From NCBI GenBank assembly GCA_002269645.1, contig NIVC01002100.1:62001-126000 (forward strand): 64,000 nucleotides of DNA, read 5' to 3'. The notes beneath the pieces were generated by a model, which did no database searches, was not told where the DNA came from, and saw only the letters and a program-made list of their open reading frames with translations. How positions within the stretch are numbered: position 1 is the stretch's first letter; each line of letters begins with the position of its first letter. The DNA is from Macrostomum lignano (lineage: Eukaryota). This document shows, piece after piece, positions 12,349 through 24,110 of this stretch. A program made the translations under genes and the position numbers.

Positions 12349-12597
12349 GCGGGCAAGTGCGCGCGAACTCGAGAGTGCGTCAGTACTTATGCAGGCAAGT
12401 GCGCGCGAACTCGAGAGTGCGTCAGTACTTATGCAGGCAAGTGCGCGCGAACTCGAGAGTGCGTCAGTACTTATGCAGGCAAGTGCGCGCGAACTCGAGA
12501 GTGCGTCAGTACTTATGCAGGCAAGTGCGCGCGAACTCGAGAGTGCGTCAGTACTTATGCGGGCAAGTGCGCGCGAACTCGAGAGTGCGTCAGTACT
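12349..12597 (-). repeat. 42-bp tandem repeat (6 units) starting at the fascin stop codon
   Basis: Unit (minus) AGTACTGACGCACTCTCGAGTTCGCGCGCACTTGCCTGCATA; the first unit contains the TAC TGA of fascin. Confidence 0.95.
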
Positions 12598-15500
12598 CCC
12601 ACAGGCAGGCGGCCCGGATTTCGTCGGCGTCCGCCCGCATGGTGCCGTTCTGCTCGCCGCGCACGTAGCAACCGTTGCTGGCCTGGATGGCAACGCAGGA
12701 GCGGCTGCGGAACTCCAGCAGGAACTCCTCGGGCCGCTCGCCTTTGAAAGAGATGCTCCCGTCCGCCTGCACGCACCAGAAGCCCTCGGAGCCTGGCGGG
12801 TGCGGGATGGAGAGACCAGAGAATTAAGGTCTAAATTTTATAATCCCCCATTTTAATAATCCCCTACTTCTTGTAATCCCCAATTCTCACTAGCTCTAAC
12901 TCTCACAATCCACAACTCTCAAAATCACCAACTCTCACAATCCCCAACTCTCAAAATCCCCAAATCTCACCATCACCAACTCTCACAATCCCGAATTCTC
13001 ATAATCCCCAACTCTCACCATCACCAACTCTCACAATCCCGAATTCTCATAATCCCCAACTCTCACCATCACCAACTCTCACAATCCCAAATTCTCATAA
13101 TCCCCAATTGTTATAATCAATGAGGTCTCAATTCACAAACACTTGAAAAACCAAAATTCCCGATATTTAAAATATTCGCATAATTAAGTCACCGAGGTAA
13201 GACTCACCCCAGCCCGCAGGACTCACGCCAGCCCGCAGGACTCACCCCAATCCGCAGGACTCACACGCAGGACTCACCCCCAGCCCGCAGGACTCACCCC
13301 AGCCCACAGGACTCACCAAGCACGCAGGACTCACCCCAGCCCGCAGGACTCACCCCAGCCCGCAGGACTCACCCCAGCCCGCAGGACTCACCCCAGCCCA
13401 CAGGACTCATACTCAGGACTCACCCCTGATGTGGTAGAAGCCGCTGTCGGACACCTCCAGGTTGAAGGCATCGTAGCTCACCAGGTTGCACTCCAGCCGG
13501 CCATTCTTGATGCCCACGAAGCCGAAGTCGCAGCGGAACACCACAATGGGCCGGTTGAGCAGCACCAGCTGAAACTGCTCCTCCGACTTCACCTCGCTGC
13601 CAGTGGCGTTCACTGCGCCCAGCTTCTTGGCGGACAGGTAACTGCCGTTCGAGCACTTCAGGGCCACCCGGCCCTTGGGCTGGTACTCCATGGCGAACAG
13701 GGTGGACTGGTCCCTGCGGCGGCGGGAATAGCAGTTCCATCTCAATCACCCTTTTGAAATCCCGATCCCTACTCTAGATCCCTTCTCTAGATCCCTTCTC
13801 TAGATCCCTGCTCTAGATCCCTACTGTAGATCCCTACTGTAGATCCCTACTCCAGATCCCTACTCTAGATCCCTACTCTAGATCCCTTCTCTAGATCCCT
13901 ACTCTAGATCCCTACTCTAGATCCCTACTCTAGATCCCTACTCCAGATCCCTTCTCTAGATCCTTACTCTAGATCTCTACTCTAGATCCCTACTCCAGAT
14001 CCCTTCTCTAGATCCCTACTCTAGATCCCTTCTCTAGATCCCTACTCTAGATCCCTACTCTAGATCCCTACTCTAGATCCCTGCTCTAGATCCCTACTCT
14101 AGATCTCTACTCTAGATCCCTACTCCAGATCCCTTCTCTAGATCCCTACTCTAGATCCCTTCTCTAGATCCCTACTCTAGATCCCTACTCTAGATCCCTA
14201 CTCTAGATCCCTGCTCTAGATCCCTACTCTAGATCCCTGCTCTAGATCCCTGCTCTAGATCCCTACTCCAGATCCCTTCTCTAGATCCCTACTCTAGATC
14301 CCTACTCTAGATCCCTACTCTAGATCCCTGCTCTAGATCCCTACTCTAGATCCCTACTCTAGATCCCTACTCCAGATCCCTTCTCTAGATCCCTACTCTA
14401 GATCCCTTCTCTAGATCCCTGCTCTAGATCCCTACTCTAGATCCCTACTCTAGATCCCTACTCTAGATCCCTACTCCAGATCCCTTCTCTAGATCCCTAC
14501 TCTAGATCCCTACTCTAGATCCCTACTCTAGATCCCTGCTCTAGAGCCCTACTCTAGATCCCTTCTCTAGATCCTTACTCTAGAGCCCTACTCTAGATCC
14601 CTGCTCTAGATCCCTACTCTAGATCCTTACTCTAGATCCCTACTCTAGATCCCTACTCTAGATCCCTACTCCAGATCCCTTCTCTAGATCCTTACTCTAG
14701 ATCTCTACTCTAGATCCCTACTCCAGATCCCTTCTCTAGATCCCTACTCTAGATCCCTACTCTAGATCCCTACTCTAGATCCCTACTCCAGATCCCTTCT
14801 CTAGATCCTTACTCTAGATCCCTACTCTAGATCCCTACTCTAGATCCCTGCTCTAGATCCCTACTCTAGATCCCTGCTATAGATCCCTGCTCTAGATCCC
14901 TACTCCAGATCCCTTCTCTAGATCCCTACTCTAGATCCCTACTCTAGATCCCTACTCTAGATCCCTGCTCTAGATCCCTACTCTAGATCCCTACTCCAGA
15001 TCCCTTCTCTAGATCCCTACTCTAGATCCCTACTCTAGATCCCTTCTCTAGATCCTTACTCTAGAGCCCTACTCTAGATCCCTGCTCTAGATCCCTGCTC
15101 TAGATCCCTGCTCTAGATCCCTACTCTAGATCCCTAATCCAGATCGCTGCTCTAGATCCCTACTCTAGATCCCTGCTCTAGATCCCTGCTCTAGATCCCT
15201 GCTCTAGATCCCTACTCTAGATCCCTAATCCAGATCGCTGCTCTAGATCCCTACTCTAGAGTTCAGATCCTCCCAGTGTTCCTCACAAATCCCAACTGAA
15301 GATCCAGGAACCCAAAACCCCAGAACTTGTCAGCCTCTCACCGAGAGTCCCCAGTCGCGCTGATGCCGTTGCCCACGGTGGACAGCTTCCAGAACTTGTC
15401 GTCCTTGGTGCGGAATCGCCACTTGCCGCTGGCAGCGTGGAACTCCAGCTGGTAGGTTTCGGTGACGTCGATGTCGCTCTGGTTGGCGTTCAGGTCCTGG

Positions 15501-18500
15501 CCTGCGGGTTCGTGATAAACTGCTGATAATAAACTTAACTAATCAGCCTGAAGCCAGGTGTCTCCGCAGGTGGATAGCAAGTGCTGGAAGAGGGTTTGCC
15601 AACCACGCTATGAAATATGGCATACAAAATCCAACAGCCTTCATAAGCCAGCTGACATTCTGTGCATTCCCAGTCCGCCGCCAGGCAGACACTGATAAGC
15701 CCGGCATCCTCCTGGGACGGCGGCAAAGAAATTCGCGTCATGGCTGCTGCTTGGAATATTCCAGAATTTGTTGCGGGGCTGCATGGCGCTTTGACGAACG
15801 GTGAGTCATAGCGGGATGGAGCGTCTGTCTGGGCAGCTTTGGCATTTCGTCTGAGGGATTGCAGCACACAGAATTCACGGCTTTTTGAATGAAGGATGCC
15901 AGCGTGTCACCCTGCTGCACTTTTAGCGTCCTGCTGCCAACCTCAGGCGCTTTAGTGTCCTGCTGCCATCTACAGGTGCTTCAGTGTCCTGCTGCCATCT
16001 ACAGGTGCTTCAGTGTCCTGCTGCCATCTACAGGTGCTTCAGTGTCCTGCTGCCAACCTCAAGTGCTTCAGTGTCCTGCTGCTAATCTCAGGTGCTTCAG
16101 TGTCCTGCTGCTAATCTCAGGTGCTTCAGTGTCCTGCTGCCAACCTCAAGTGCTTCAGTGTCCTGCTGCCAACCTCAGGTGCTTCAGTGTCCTGCTGCCA
16201 ACCTCAGGTGCTTCAGTGTCCTGCTGCCAACCTCAGGTGCTTTAGTGTCCTGCTGCCAACCTCAGGTGCTTCAGTGTCCTGCTGCCATCTACAGGTGCTT
16301 CAGTGTCCTGCTGCCAACCTCAGGTGCTTCAGTGTCCTGCTGCTAATCTCAGGTGCTTCAGTGTCCTGCTGCTAATCTCAGGTGCTTCAGTGTCCTGCTG
16401 CCAACCTCAGGTGCTTCAGTGTCCTGCTGCCAACCTCAGGTGCTTCAGTGTCCTGCTGCCAACCTCAAGTGCTTCAGTGTCCTGCTGCCAACCTCAGGTG
16501 CTTCAGTGTCCTGCTGCTAATCTCAGGTGCTTCAGTGTCCTGCTGCTAATCTCAGGTGCTTCAGTGTCCTGCTGCCAACCTCAGGTGCTTCAGTGTCCTG
16601 CTGCCATCTACAGGTGCTTCAGTGTCCTGCTGCCAACCTCAGGTGCTTCAGTGTCCTGCTGCTAATCTCAGGTGCTTCAGTGTCCTGCTGCTAATCTCAG
16701 GTGCTTCAGTGTCCTGCTGCCAACCTCAGGTGCTTCAGTGTCCTGCTGCCAACCTCAGGTGCTTCAGTGTCCTGCTGCCAACCTCAAGTGCTTCAGTGTC
16801 CTGCTGCCAACCTCAGGTGCTTCAGTGTCCTGCTGCCAACCTCAGGTGCTTCAGTGTCCTGCTGCCAACCTCAGGTGCTTCAGTGTCCTGCTGCCAACCT
16901 CAGGTGCTTCAGTGTCCTGCTGCCAACCTCAGGTGCTTCAGATGCTTCAGCCGCTCAGTGCAGCAGACTGCGGGCTATGACTCATGCCGCACCTACAGCT
17001 CAGCGGGAAAGGGCGAGGAAATCTGACGAACCGCCCCAACCCGCCACCCCCTTTCCAACTTCCCAAATCCCAGAAGCAGAAAACGCGGAAGCAGCAATCA
17101 ACACGGCCGGCAGTAAAGTAAATAAACTGCCTGGGTAAGGAACCGAGGCGCGCCCAAGTCAGCCCCAGAAATTGGTAAACGCTGAGCTTCACAGTGCGAA
17201 TCTGAAGGGACGCCCCCTGTCTGGGAAGTGGTTCCTAGTTATGAGAGACTAAACATTTTTGCCAGCTTGGTGTGGCCTGTGAGTAATTGCAGTGGTTGCT
17301 AATCACAGTTTACGATTTTATGGCCGCAATTCTACCGATTTATCGGGTAAAGGCACACAGACTAGACACAGACTAGGCGCAGACTATAGGCGCAGCTCAA
17401 TCAAGATGAGGCACCATGCCAGCTGCCTCACTCACCCTGCTTGATGCTGGCGTACCGCCCATTGAAGGCCTTGACGGCGATCTGCGGGTAGCTGTCCTCC
17501 AGCACGAACAGCTCGTCCTTGGACACCGTCTGGTTCTTCGTCTTGCTGGTGCCCGTGGCGCCGATGTTGGTGAGGAAGCGGCCCACGCTGTCCTGCGGGC
17601 GCGGCGCAAGGATGACGGAAGGTCATGGGAAGAAGTACAAAAGTACAGAAGTACAACCTGCACTTTTTAAAGAGTTTTCACGATTTATATGAAAAAGGTC
17701 TTATTTCATGTCAAAGTGGCACACAGCTAATATGACTCACCTTGAAGGCCAGTCCGGGGCAGGGGCCGCAGTGCACCTGGATGGAGAACAGAGACTCAGC
17801 CTCGTCCAGCCGGTCCAGCAGCTCGCCGCCGCGGGCCAGGTAGCGCCCGTCCGAGGCCCGGATGGCCACGCGACCGTCGCGCTGCATCAGAGTGATGAGG
17901 CTCTCGGCGCCCCATGGGTTCACCCGGTCGGCGGAGATCTCGCCACTGCCGAGCCGGAGGTAGCGGCCGCGGTTCAGGTTCTTCACGTGCACCTGACGGG
18001 CGGAATGTTGGAAGATGAGAGGGTGAAAAGGAGAGAGAGTGAGGAGAGAGGGTGAGGAGAGGGTGAGGAGAGGGTGAGGAGAGGGTGAGGAGAGAGTAAG
18101 GAGAGAGGGTGAGGAGAGAGAGTGAGGAGAGAGGCTGCGGAGGAGAGGGTGAGCAGGAGAGAGAGTGATCAGGAGAGAGGGTGAGAAGAGAGGGTGAGAA
18201 GAGAGGGTGAGAAGGAGAGAGGGTGAGCAGGAGAGAGGGTGAGCAGCAGAGAGGGTGAGCAGGAGAGAGGGTGAGCAGGAGAGAGGGTGAGAAGGAGAGA
18301 CGGTGAGCAGGAGAGAGGGTGAGCAGGAGAGAGGGTGAGCAGGAGAGAGGGTGAGCAGGAGAGAGGGTGAGCAGGAGAGAGGGTGAGCAGGAGAGAGGGT
18401 GAGCAGGAGAGAGGGTGAGAAGGAGAGAGGGTGAGCAGGAGAGAGGGTGAGAAGGAGAGAGGGTGAGCAGGAGAGAGGGTGAGCAGGAGAGAGGGTGAGC

Positions 18501-21398
18501 AGGAGAGAGGGTGAGCAGGAGAGAGGGTGAGCAGGAGAGAGGGTGAGCAGGAGAGAGGGTGAGAAGGAGAGAGGGTGAGCAGGAGAGAGGGTGAGCAGGA
18601 GAGAGGGTGAGCAGGAGAGAGGGTGAGAGAGGGTGAGAAGGAGAGAGGGTGAGCAGGAGAGAGGGTGAGAAGGAGAGAGGGTGAGCAGGAGAGAGGGTGA
18701 GCAGGAGAGAGGGTGAGCAGGAGAGAGGGTGAGCAGGAGAGAGGGTGAGCAGGAGAGAGGGTGAGCAGGAGAGAGGGTGAGCAGGAGAGAGGGTGAGCAG
18801 GAGAGAGGGTGAGCAGGAGAGAGGGTGAGCAGGAGAGAGGGTGAGAGAGGGTGAGCAGGAGAGAGGGTGAGCAGGAGAGAGGGTGAGCAGGAGAGAGGGT
18901 GAGCAGGAGAGAGGGTGAGCAGGAGAGAGGGTGAGCAGGAGAGAGGGTGAGAAGGAGAGAGGGTGAGCAGGAGAGAGGGTGTGCAGGAGAGAGGGTGAGC
19001 AGGAGAGAGGGTGAGCAGGAGAGAGGGTGAGCAGGAGAGAGGGTGAGCAGGAGAGAGGGTGAGAAGGAGAGAGGGTGAGCAGGAGAGAGGGTGAGCAGGA
19101 GAGAGGGTGAGCAGGAGAGAGGGTGAGAGAGGGTGAGAAGGAGAGAGGGTGAGCAGGAGAGAGGGTGAGAAGGAGAGAGGGTGAGCAGGAGAGAGGGTGA
19201 GCAGGAGAGAGGGTGAGCAGGAGAGAGGGTGAGCAGGAGAGAGGGTGAGCAGGAGAGAGGGTGAGAAGGAGAGAGGGTGAGAAGGAGAGAGGGTGAGAAG
19301 GAGAGAGGGTGAGCAGGAGAGAGGGTGAGCAGGAGAGAGGGTGAGCAGGAGAGAGGGTGAGAGAGGGTGAGAAGGAGAGAGGGTGAGCAGGAGAGAGGGT
19401 GAGAAGGAGAGAGGGTGAGCAGGAGAGAGGGTGAGCAGGAGAGAGGGTGAGCAGGAGAGAGGGTGAGAAGGAGAGAGGGTGAGCAGGAGAGAGGGTGAGA
19501 AGGAGAGAGGGTGAGCAGGAGAGAGGGTGAGCAGGAGAGAGGGTGAGCAGGAGAGAGGGTGAGCAGGAGAGAGGGTGAGCAGGAGAGAGGGTGAGAAGGA
19601 GAGAGGGTGAGCAGGAGAGAGGGTGAGAAGGAGAGAGGGTGAGCAGGAGAGAGGGTGAGAAGGAGAGAGGGTGAGCAGGAGAGAGGGTGAGCAGGAGAGA
19701 GGGTGAGCAGGAGAGAGGGTGAGCAGGAGAGAGGGTGAGAAGGAGAGAGGGTGAGCAGGAGAGAGGGTGAGAAGGAGAGAGGGTGAGCAGGAGAGAGGGT
19801 GAGCAGGAGAGAGGGTGAGCAGGAGAGAGGGTGAGCAGGAGAGAGGGTGAGCAGGAGAGAGGGTGAGCAGGAGAGAGGGTGAGCAGGAGAGAGGGTGAGC
19901 AGGAGAGAGGGTGAGAAGGAGAGAGGGTGAGCAGGAGAGAGGGTGAGCAGGAGAGAGGGTGAGCAGGAGAGAGGGTGAGAGAGGGTGAGAAGGAGAGAGG
20001 GTGAGCAGGAGAGAGGGTGAGAAGGAGAGAGGGTGAGCAGGAGAGAGGGTGAGCAGGAGAGAGGGTGAGCAGGAGAGAGGGTGAGCAGGAGAGAGGGTGA
20101 GCAGGAGAGAGGGTGAGCAGGAGAGAGGGTGAGAAGGAGAGAGGGTGAGCAGGAGAGAGGGTGAGCAGGAGAGAGGGTGAGCAGGAGAGAGGGTGAGAAG
20201 GAGAGAGGGTGAGCAGGAGAGAGGGTGAGCAGGAGAGAGGGTGAGCAGAAGAGAGGGTGAGAGAGGGTGAGAAGGAGAGAGGGTGAGCAGGAGAGAGGGT
20301 GAGCAGGAGAGAGGGTGAGCAGGAGAGAGGGTGAGCAGGAGAGAGGGTGAGCAGGAGAGAGGGTGAGCAGGAGAGAGGGTGAGAAGGAGAGAGGGTGAGC
20401 AGGAGAGAGGGTGAGCAGGAGAGAGGGTGAGAAGGAGAGAGGGTGAGCAGGAGAGAGGGTGAGCAGGAGAGAGGGTGAGCAGGAGAGAGCAGAAAAAGTT
20501 TTTCAACATGCCGGCTGCCCACCTGAGGGTGCAGCGCGAGCTGGCAGGTCCACCAGACGGGCGCCTTGGAGAAGCACTTGACGCGGTCCTCCTCGCCGGA
20601 GAAGTACAGGCCGTGCTGCGCGCTCTTCAGCGCCCACTGAACCCCATCGCCGGCGTACTCAATGATGAAGCGGGTCTCCGGGCCGGCCTCCTCGCTGGAG
20701 CAGGACACCAGACCGTCCTTGTCGGCGGACAGGAACCTGGCGGGTGGCGGGAGTCCGAGTTTGTGAAGGGATGATGATCATGAATGCTCTATGAAGGGAA
20801 TGGTGAATGCTCTATGAAGGGAGTGGTGAATGCTATATGAAGGGAGTGAATGCTCTATAAAGGGAATGGTGAATTGTCTATGAAGGGTTTGTGAAGGGAT
20901 GCTAAAGGGTCCATGAAAGGCTTGTGGAGGGTTTGTGAAAGGATGATGAAGGGTCGGGTTTGATGGGTTTATGGCTCATGAAGGGTCTGTGGAGGGAATT
21001 GTCACTTCAGGGCTGCTGAATGGTCAGGCAAGTCTGGCAGAATTCAGAAGCAGTGAAAGCAACTTCAAACTGGATTCACAAAACTTGAGGAGCAATCAAA
21101 ACTACCTGTTGAGGTGCGACTTCAGACAGACGGTTGACGGGTGCTCGGGGTCGGGCACCAGCACCCAGGTCTGGCGCATCTTCAGCGACGCTCCGGAGGC
21201 GTTGAGCTTGAAGCCGAAGGGCTCGGCAGTCAGGAACTTGCCGCTGGCGTTGCGCAGCCCCACCCGCCACTTCAGCGATTCGTCCGGGTCTCCGGCCTGC
21301 GGCTGCTGCAGTTTGGACGGGCCGTGGCCGTTGGTGCTGCCGGCCACTCCGTTGCCATTGGCAACCCGGCCGGGAATGACGCCGCCGTTCTGGTCCAT
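12590..21398 (-). CDS. FSCN: Fascin (singed) actin-bundling protein, about 522 aa, 7 exons
   Basis: Exons (minus): 21398-21106, 20736-20523, 17992-17741, 17592-17436, 15501-15342, 13713-13424, 12792-12590. Total 1569 nt in frame. Beta-trefoil motifs LKWRVGLRNASGKFLTAEPFGFKLNASGASLKMRQTW, QLALHPQVHV, ELFVLEDSYPQIAVKAFNGRYAS, LLNRPIVVFRCDFGFVG, and terminal CLWEY*. Confidence 0.95.
12860..13110. repeat. Degenerate AATCCC/ATCACC-AACTCT repeat in fascin intron 6
   Basis: Repeated CACAATCCCCAACTCT-like units. Confidence 0.8.
13200..13423 (-). repeat. ~19-bp tandem repeat of the fascin exon 6 5' splice site
   Basis: Plus-strand unit CAGGACTCACCCCAGCCCG, i.e. minus GGG|GTGAGTCCTGCGGGCT; about 11 copies abutting the true donor at 13423. 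Confidence 0.9.
13764..15260. repeat. 13-bp minisatellite (TACTCTAGATCCC)n, about 115 units
   Basis: Fills most of fascin intron 5; each unit contains the TCTAGA palindrome. Confidence 0.97.
15915..16940. repeat. 29-bp minisatellite (GTGCTTCAGTGTCCTGCTGCCAACCTCAG)n, about 35 units
   Basis: In fascin intron 4; 29-aa periodicity in the ORF track. Confidence 0.97.
18020..20490. repeat. 16-bp purine/pyrimidine-skewed minisatellite (GAGCAGGAGAGAGGGT)n, about 150 units
   Basis: Fills fascin intron 2; the sense strand of fascin is CT-rich (ACCCTCTCTCCTGCTC). Confidence 0.97.
20775..20990. repeat. Degenerate ~23-bp repeat (ATGAAGGGAATGGTGAATGCTCT) in fascin intron 1
   Basis: Several decaying copies. 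Confidence 0.7.
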
Positions 21399-21464
21399 TT
21401 TGTCCACGAACTGCAGGGTGGGCAGTGGGGTTTTGAGCACTTTGATGAGCAGGACGGAGATTCG

Positions 21465-22253
21465 GGTCACAAGCACAGCTCTGAGGAACTGAGATTCAGC
21501 TCACAAGCACAGCTCTGAGGAACTGAGATTCAGCTCACAAGCACAGCTCTGAGGAACTGAGATTCAGGTCACAAGCACAGCTCTGAGGAACTGAGATTCA
21601 GCTCACAAGCACAGCTCTGAGGAACTGAGATTCATGTCACAAGCACAGCTCTGAGGAACTGAGATTCAGGTCACAAGCACAGCTCTGAGGAACTGAGATT
21701 CAGCTCACAAGCACAGCACTGAGGAACTGAGATTCAGGTCACAAGCACAGCTCTGAGGAACTGAGATTCAGCTCACAAGCACAGCTCTGAGGAACTGAGA
21801 TTCATGTCACAAGCACAGCTCTGAGGAACTGAGATTCAGGTCACAAGCACAGCTCTGAGGAACTGAGATTCAGCTCACAAGCACAGCACTGAGGAACTGA
21901 GATTCATGTCACAAGCACAGCTCTGAGGAACTGAGATTCAGCTCACAAGCACAGCTCTGAGGAACTGAGATTCAGGTCACAAGCACAGCTCTGAGGAACT
22001 GAGATTCAGCTCACAAGCACAGCTCTGAGGAACTGAGATTCAGGTCACAAGCACAGCACTGAGGAACTGAGATTCAGGTCACAAGCACAGCTCTGAGGAA
22101 CTGAGATTCAGGTCACAAGCACAGCACTGAGGAACTGAGATTCAGGTCACAAGCACAGCTCTGAGGAACTGAGATTCAGCTCACAAGCACAGCACTGAGG
22201 AACTGAGATTCATGTCACAAGCACAGCTCTGAGGAACTGAGATTCAGGTCACA
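21465..22253. repeat. 34-bp minisatellite (TCACAAGCACAGCTCTGAGGAACTGAGATTCAGG)n, about 23 units
   Basis: Near-identical head-to-tail units with no spacers, just upstream of the acceptor preceding the fascin ATG. Confidence 0.96.
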
Positions 22254-22649
22254 GAAGTCAGTCACTAAAAGCTACCAGAATTTGACTGTTTCTCAACGCC
22301 TTAACAAGTATTTCTGCAACAAAATTGGGAGCAGCTCTTTCTGCAGCATAATTTGATACAGTGCAGCTGTGCAAGGATCGGTGGATGCAGCGGCATGTCG
22401 GAACCGGCAATCCGAGACGAGTTGCGAACTGAATCGGAAACCCGAGAAGGCGGCCAAGGAGTTGCAACGTGGGCGGCCCCGTGTCGAGGCCCGGTTGCGG
22501 GACAGGCCCGGACCTTACCAAAGCGGCGGGCGCTCGATGATGAATCATTGAGATTTCCATGCCGAATGCAGCCAAGGAGTCCCAGAGCCAGAACCTGGAC
22601 TCATTAATCCTCGTCAAATTTATTTCTGAAGGCAAACCTTGGCGAGAAC

Positions 22650-22800
22650 TCAAGTGAGAAGAGAGGAAAGGAGAGAAGAAAGGAGAGAATAGAAGAGGGG
22701 AGGAGAGAGAGGAAAGAAGGTAAGAAGAGAGAAGAAAAGAGAGGAGATGAGAGAAAAGAGGAGAGAAGAGATGAGTGAGGAGAAGGGTAGCGGCCCAGCG
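22650..22800. repeat. GA-rich low-complexity tract
   Basis: GAGAAGAGAGGAAAGGAGAG... pure purine run. Confidence 0.85.
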
Positions 22801-23814
22801 GAGAGAACTGAGAAGACTACTAAAAAGAGACACAAACCTTGAGCGGGCCCGGATTGCTATTATGAAGTTTCAAACTACCTGGATAGTATGGCCCGCGGAA
22901 CAGGATTTTACCAGGTTTTATAAACTCCTCGCAACACCCCCCTCCATTGTCCGGCCCGCTCGAGAGCGTGACTCAACGTTGATGACGTGGGTTTGAGGGG
23001 CCTTGTAGGCCTTGCGGGTTGCTTCGGGGTCCACAAGCAGGAGAAGGCTGTCTGCGCGGAGCCTCAATTCGATTACACTGAGCCTGGCTTATCTGCTGGG
23101 TTTCACTGTGCTGGCTGGGAGGCCCCGTGAGCAAGCGACGGACGGGCTGTTGACACTCACACTCAGGGTGACTCAGTGCCAGTCAGATGGCGAGAACTCA
23201 CGGCCTTCAGCTCCAGCTGGAATCCGTCAGGAAGCTCCGAGTTAAAGTCTTCAGGGCGCTGCATTTCTGGCGCAGTCTGGCGCAGTTTCACTAATATTAA
23301 CTGTTTTGCTAGTCGGCTGTGCTTTACTTCTGCTTTAGTTGCAGAAATTGCACTGCTACTAAAAGGTCTGGCGAGAGTCGTCGCCACACCTTGGGCATAA
23401 AAGGAGGGCTGAATGAGGCTTGGCCTGTCAAAGATTCTCAGCGGCAGATTCTCGTTGGGGCGGGAAACTTGGCCGAAGCAGAGAGTACGAGCTAGAAGTC
23501 GGAGTCGGGTGCACTTTCCCACAGGGCACGAATCGCTGGCCCGTTCTCGCCATCTCTCTGGCGCCAATCTGCTCCGAGCAGCCCTGGGAGCTGCTGGATC
23601 CGAGGGGCATAAAATTCATGTCGAGGCAGAATTTGCGAGCGCGAAGGCTCGGATACGGACCCAGCAGAGGGCACGCTAACTCTTCAAATTTATGAGAACG
23701 CGACTTTTATTTGAACTCGAAACTACCCTCTAAGGTCCTCTTAGTTGCTGGGCCACTGCTGCCCTCCCAGATCCTCACTGACCTCTGTTAAACATCCTGG
23801 GATTGATAGAAGTG

Positions 23815-24110
23815 ATTGGGACTGATGGGGAGTGACTGGGACTGATGGGGAGTGACTGGGACTGATGGGGAGTGACTGGGACTGATAGGGAGTGACTGGG
23901 GCTAATGGGGAGTGACTGGGACTGATGGGGAGTGATTGGGACTGATGGGGAGTGACTGGGACTGATGGCGAGTGACTGGGACTGATGGGGAGTGACTGGG
24001 ACTGATGGGGAGTGACTGGGACTGATGGGGAGTGATTGGGACTGATGGAGAGTGACTTGGACTAGGATTGATGACTGATGAGGACTATTGATGAGGACTG
24101 GGATTGATGA
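23815..24110. repeat. 20-bp G-rich minisatellite (GACTGGGACTGATGGGGAGT)n
   Basis: About 12 units, decaying at the right end. Confidence 0.92.

Noticed and set aside
17711-20708. 930-970 aa ORFs across fascin intron 2, and similar long ORFs at 7.7-8.8, 15.9-17.1, 44.4-45.3, 45.4-46.1, 47.1-47.5 and 48.5-49.9 kb
   Set aside because: These are translations of stop-free minisatellites; the periodicity equals the repeat unit and they lie within GT-AG introns or UTRs.
21465-22253. 34-bp direct repeats as a CRISPR array (also the 29- and 35-bp arrays)
   Set aside because: Units are head-to-tail with no unique spacers, there are no cas genes, and the context is eukaryotic introns.
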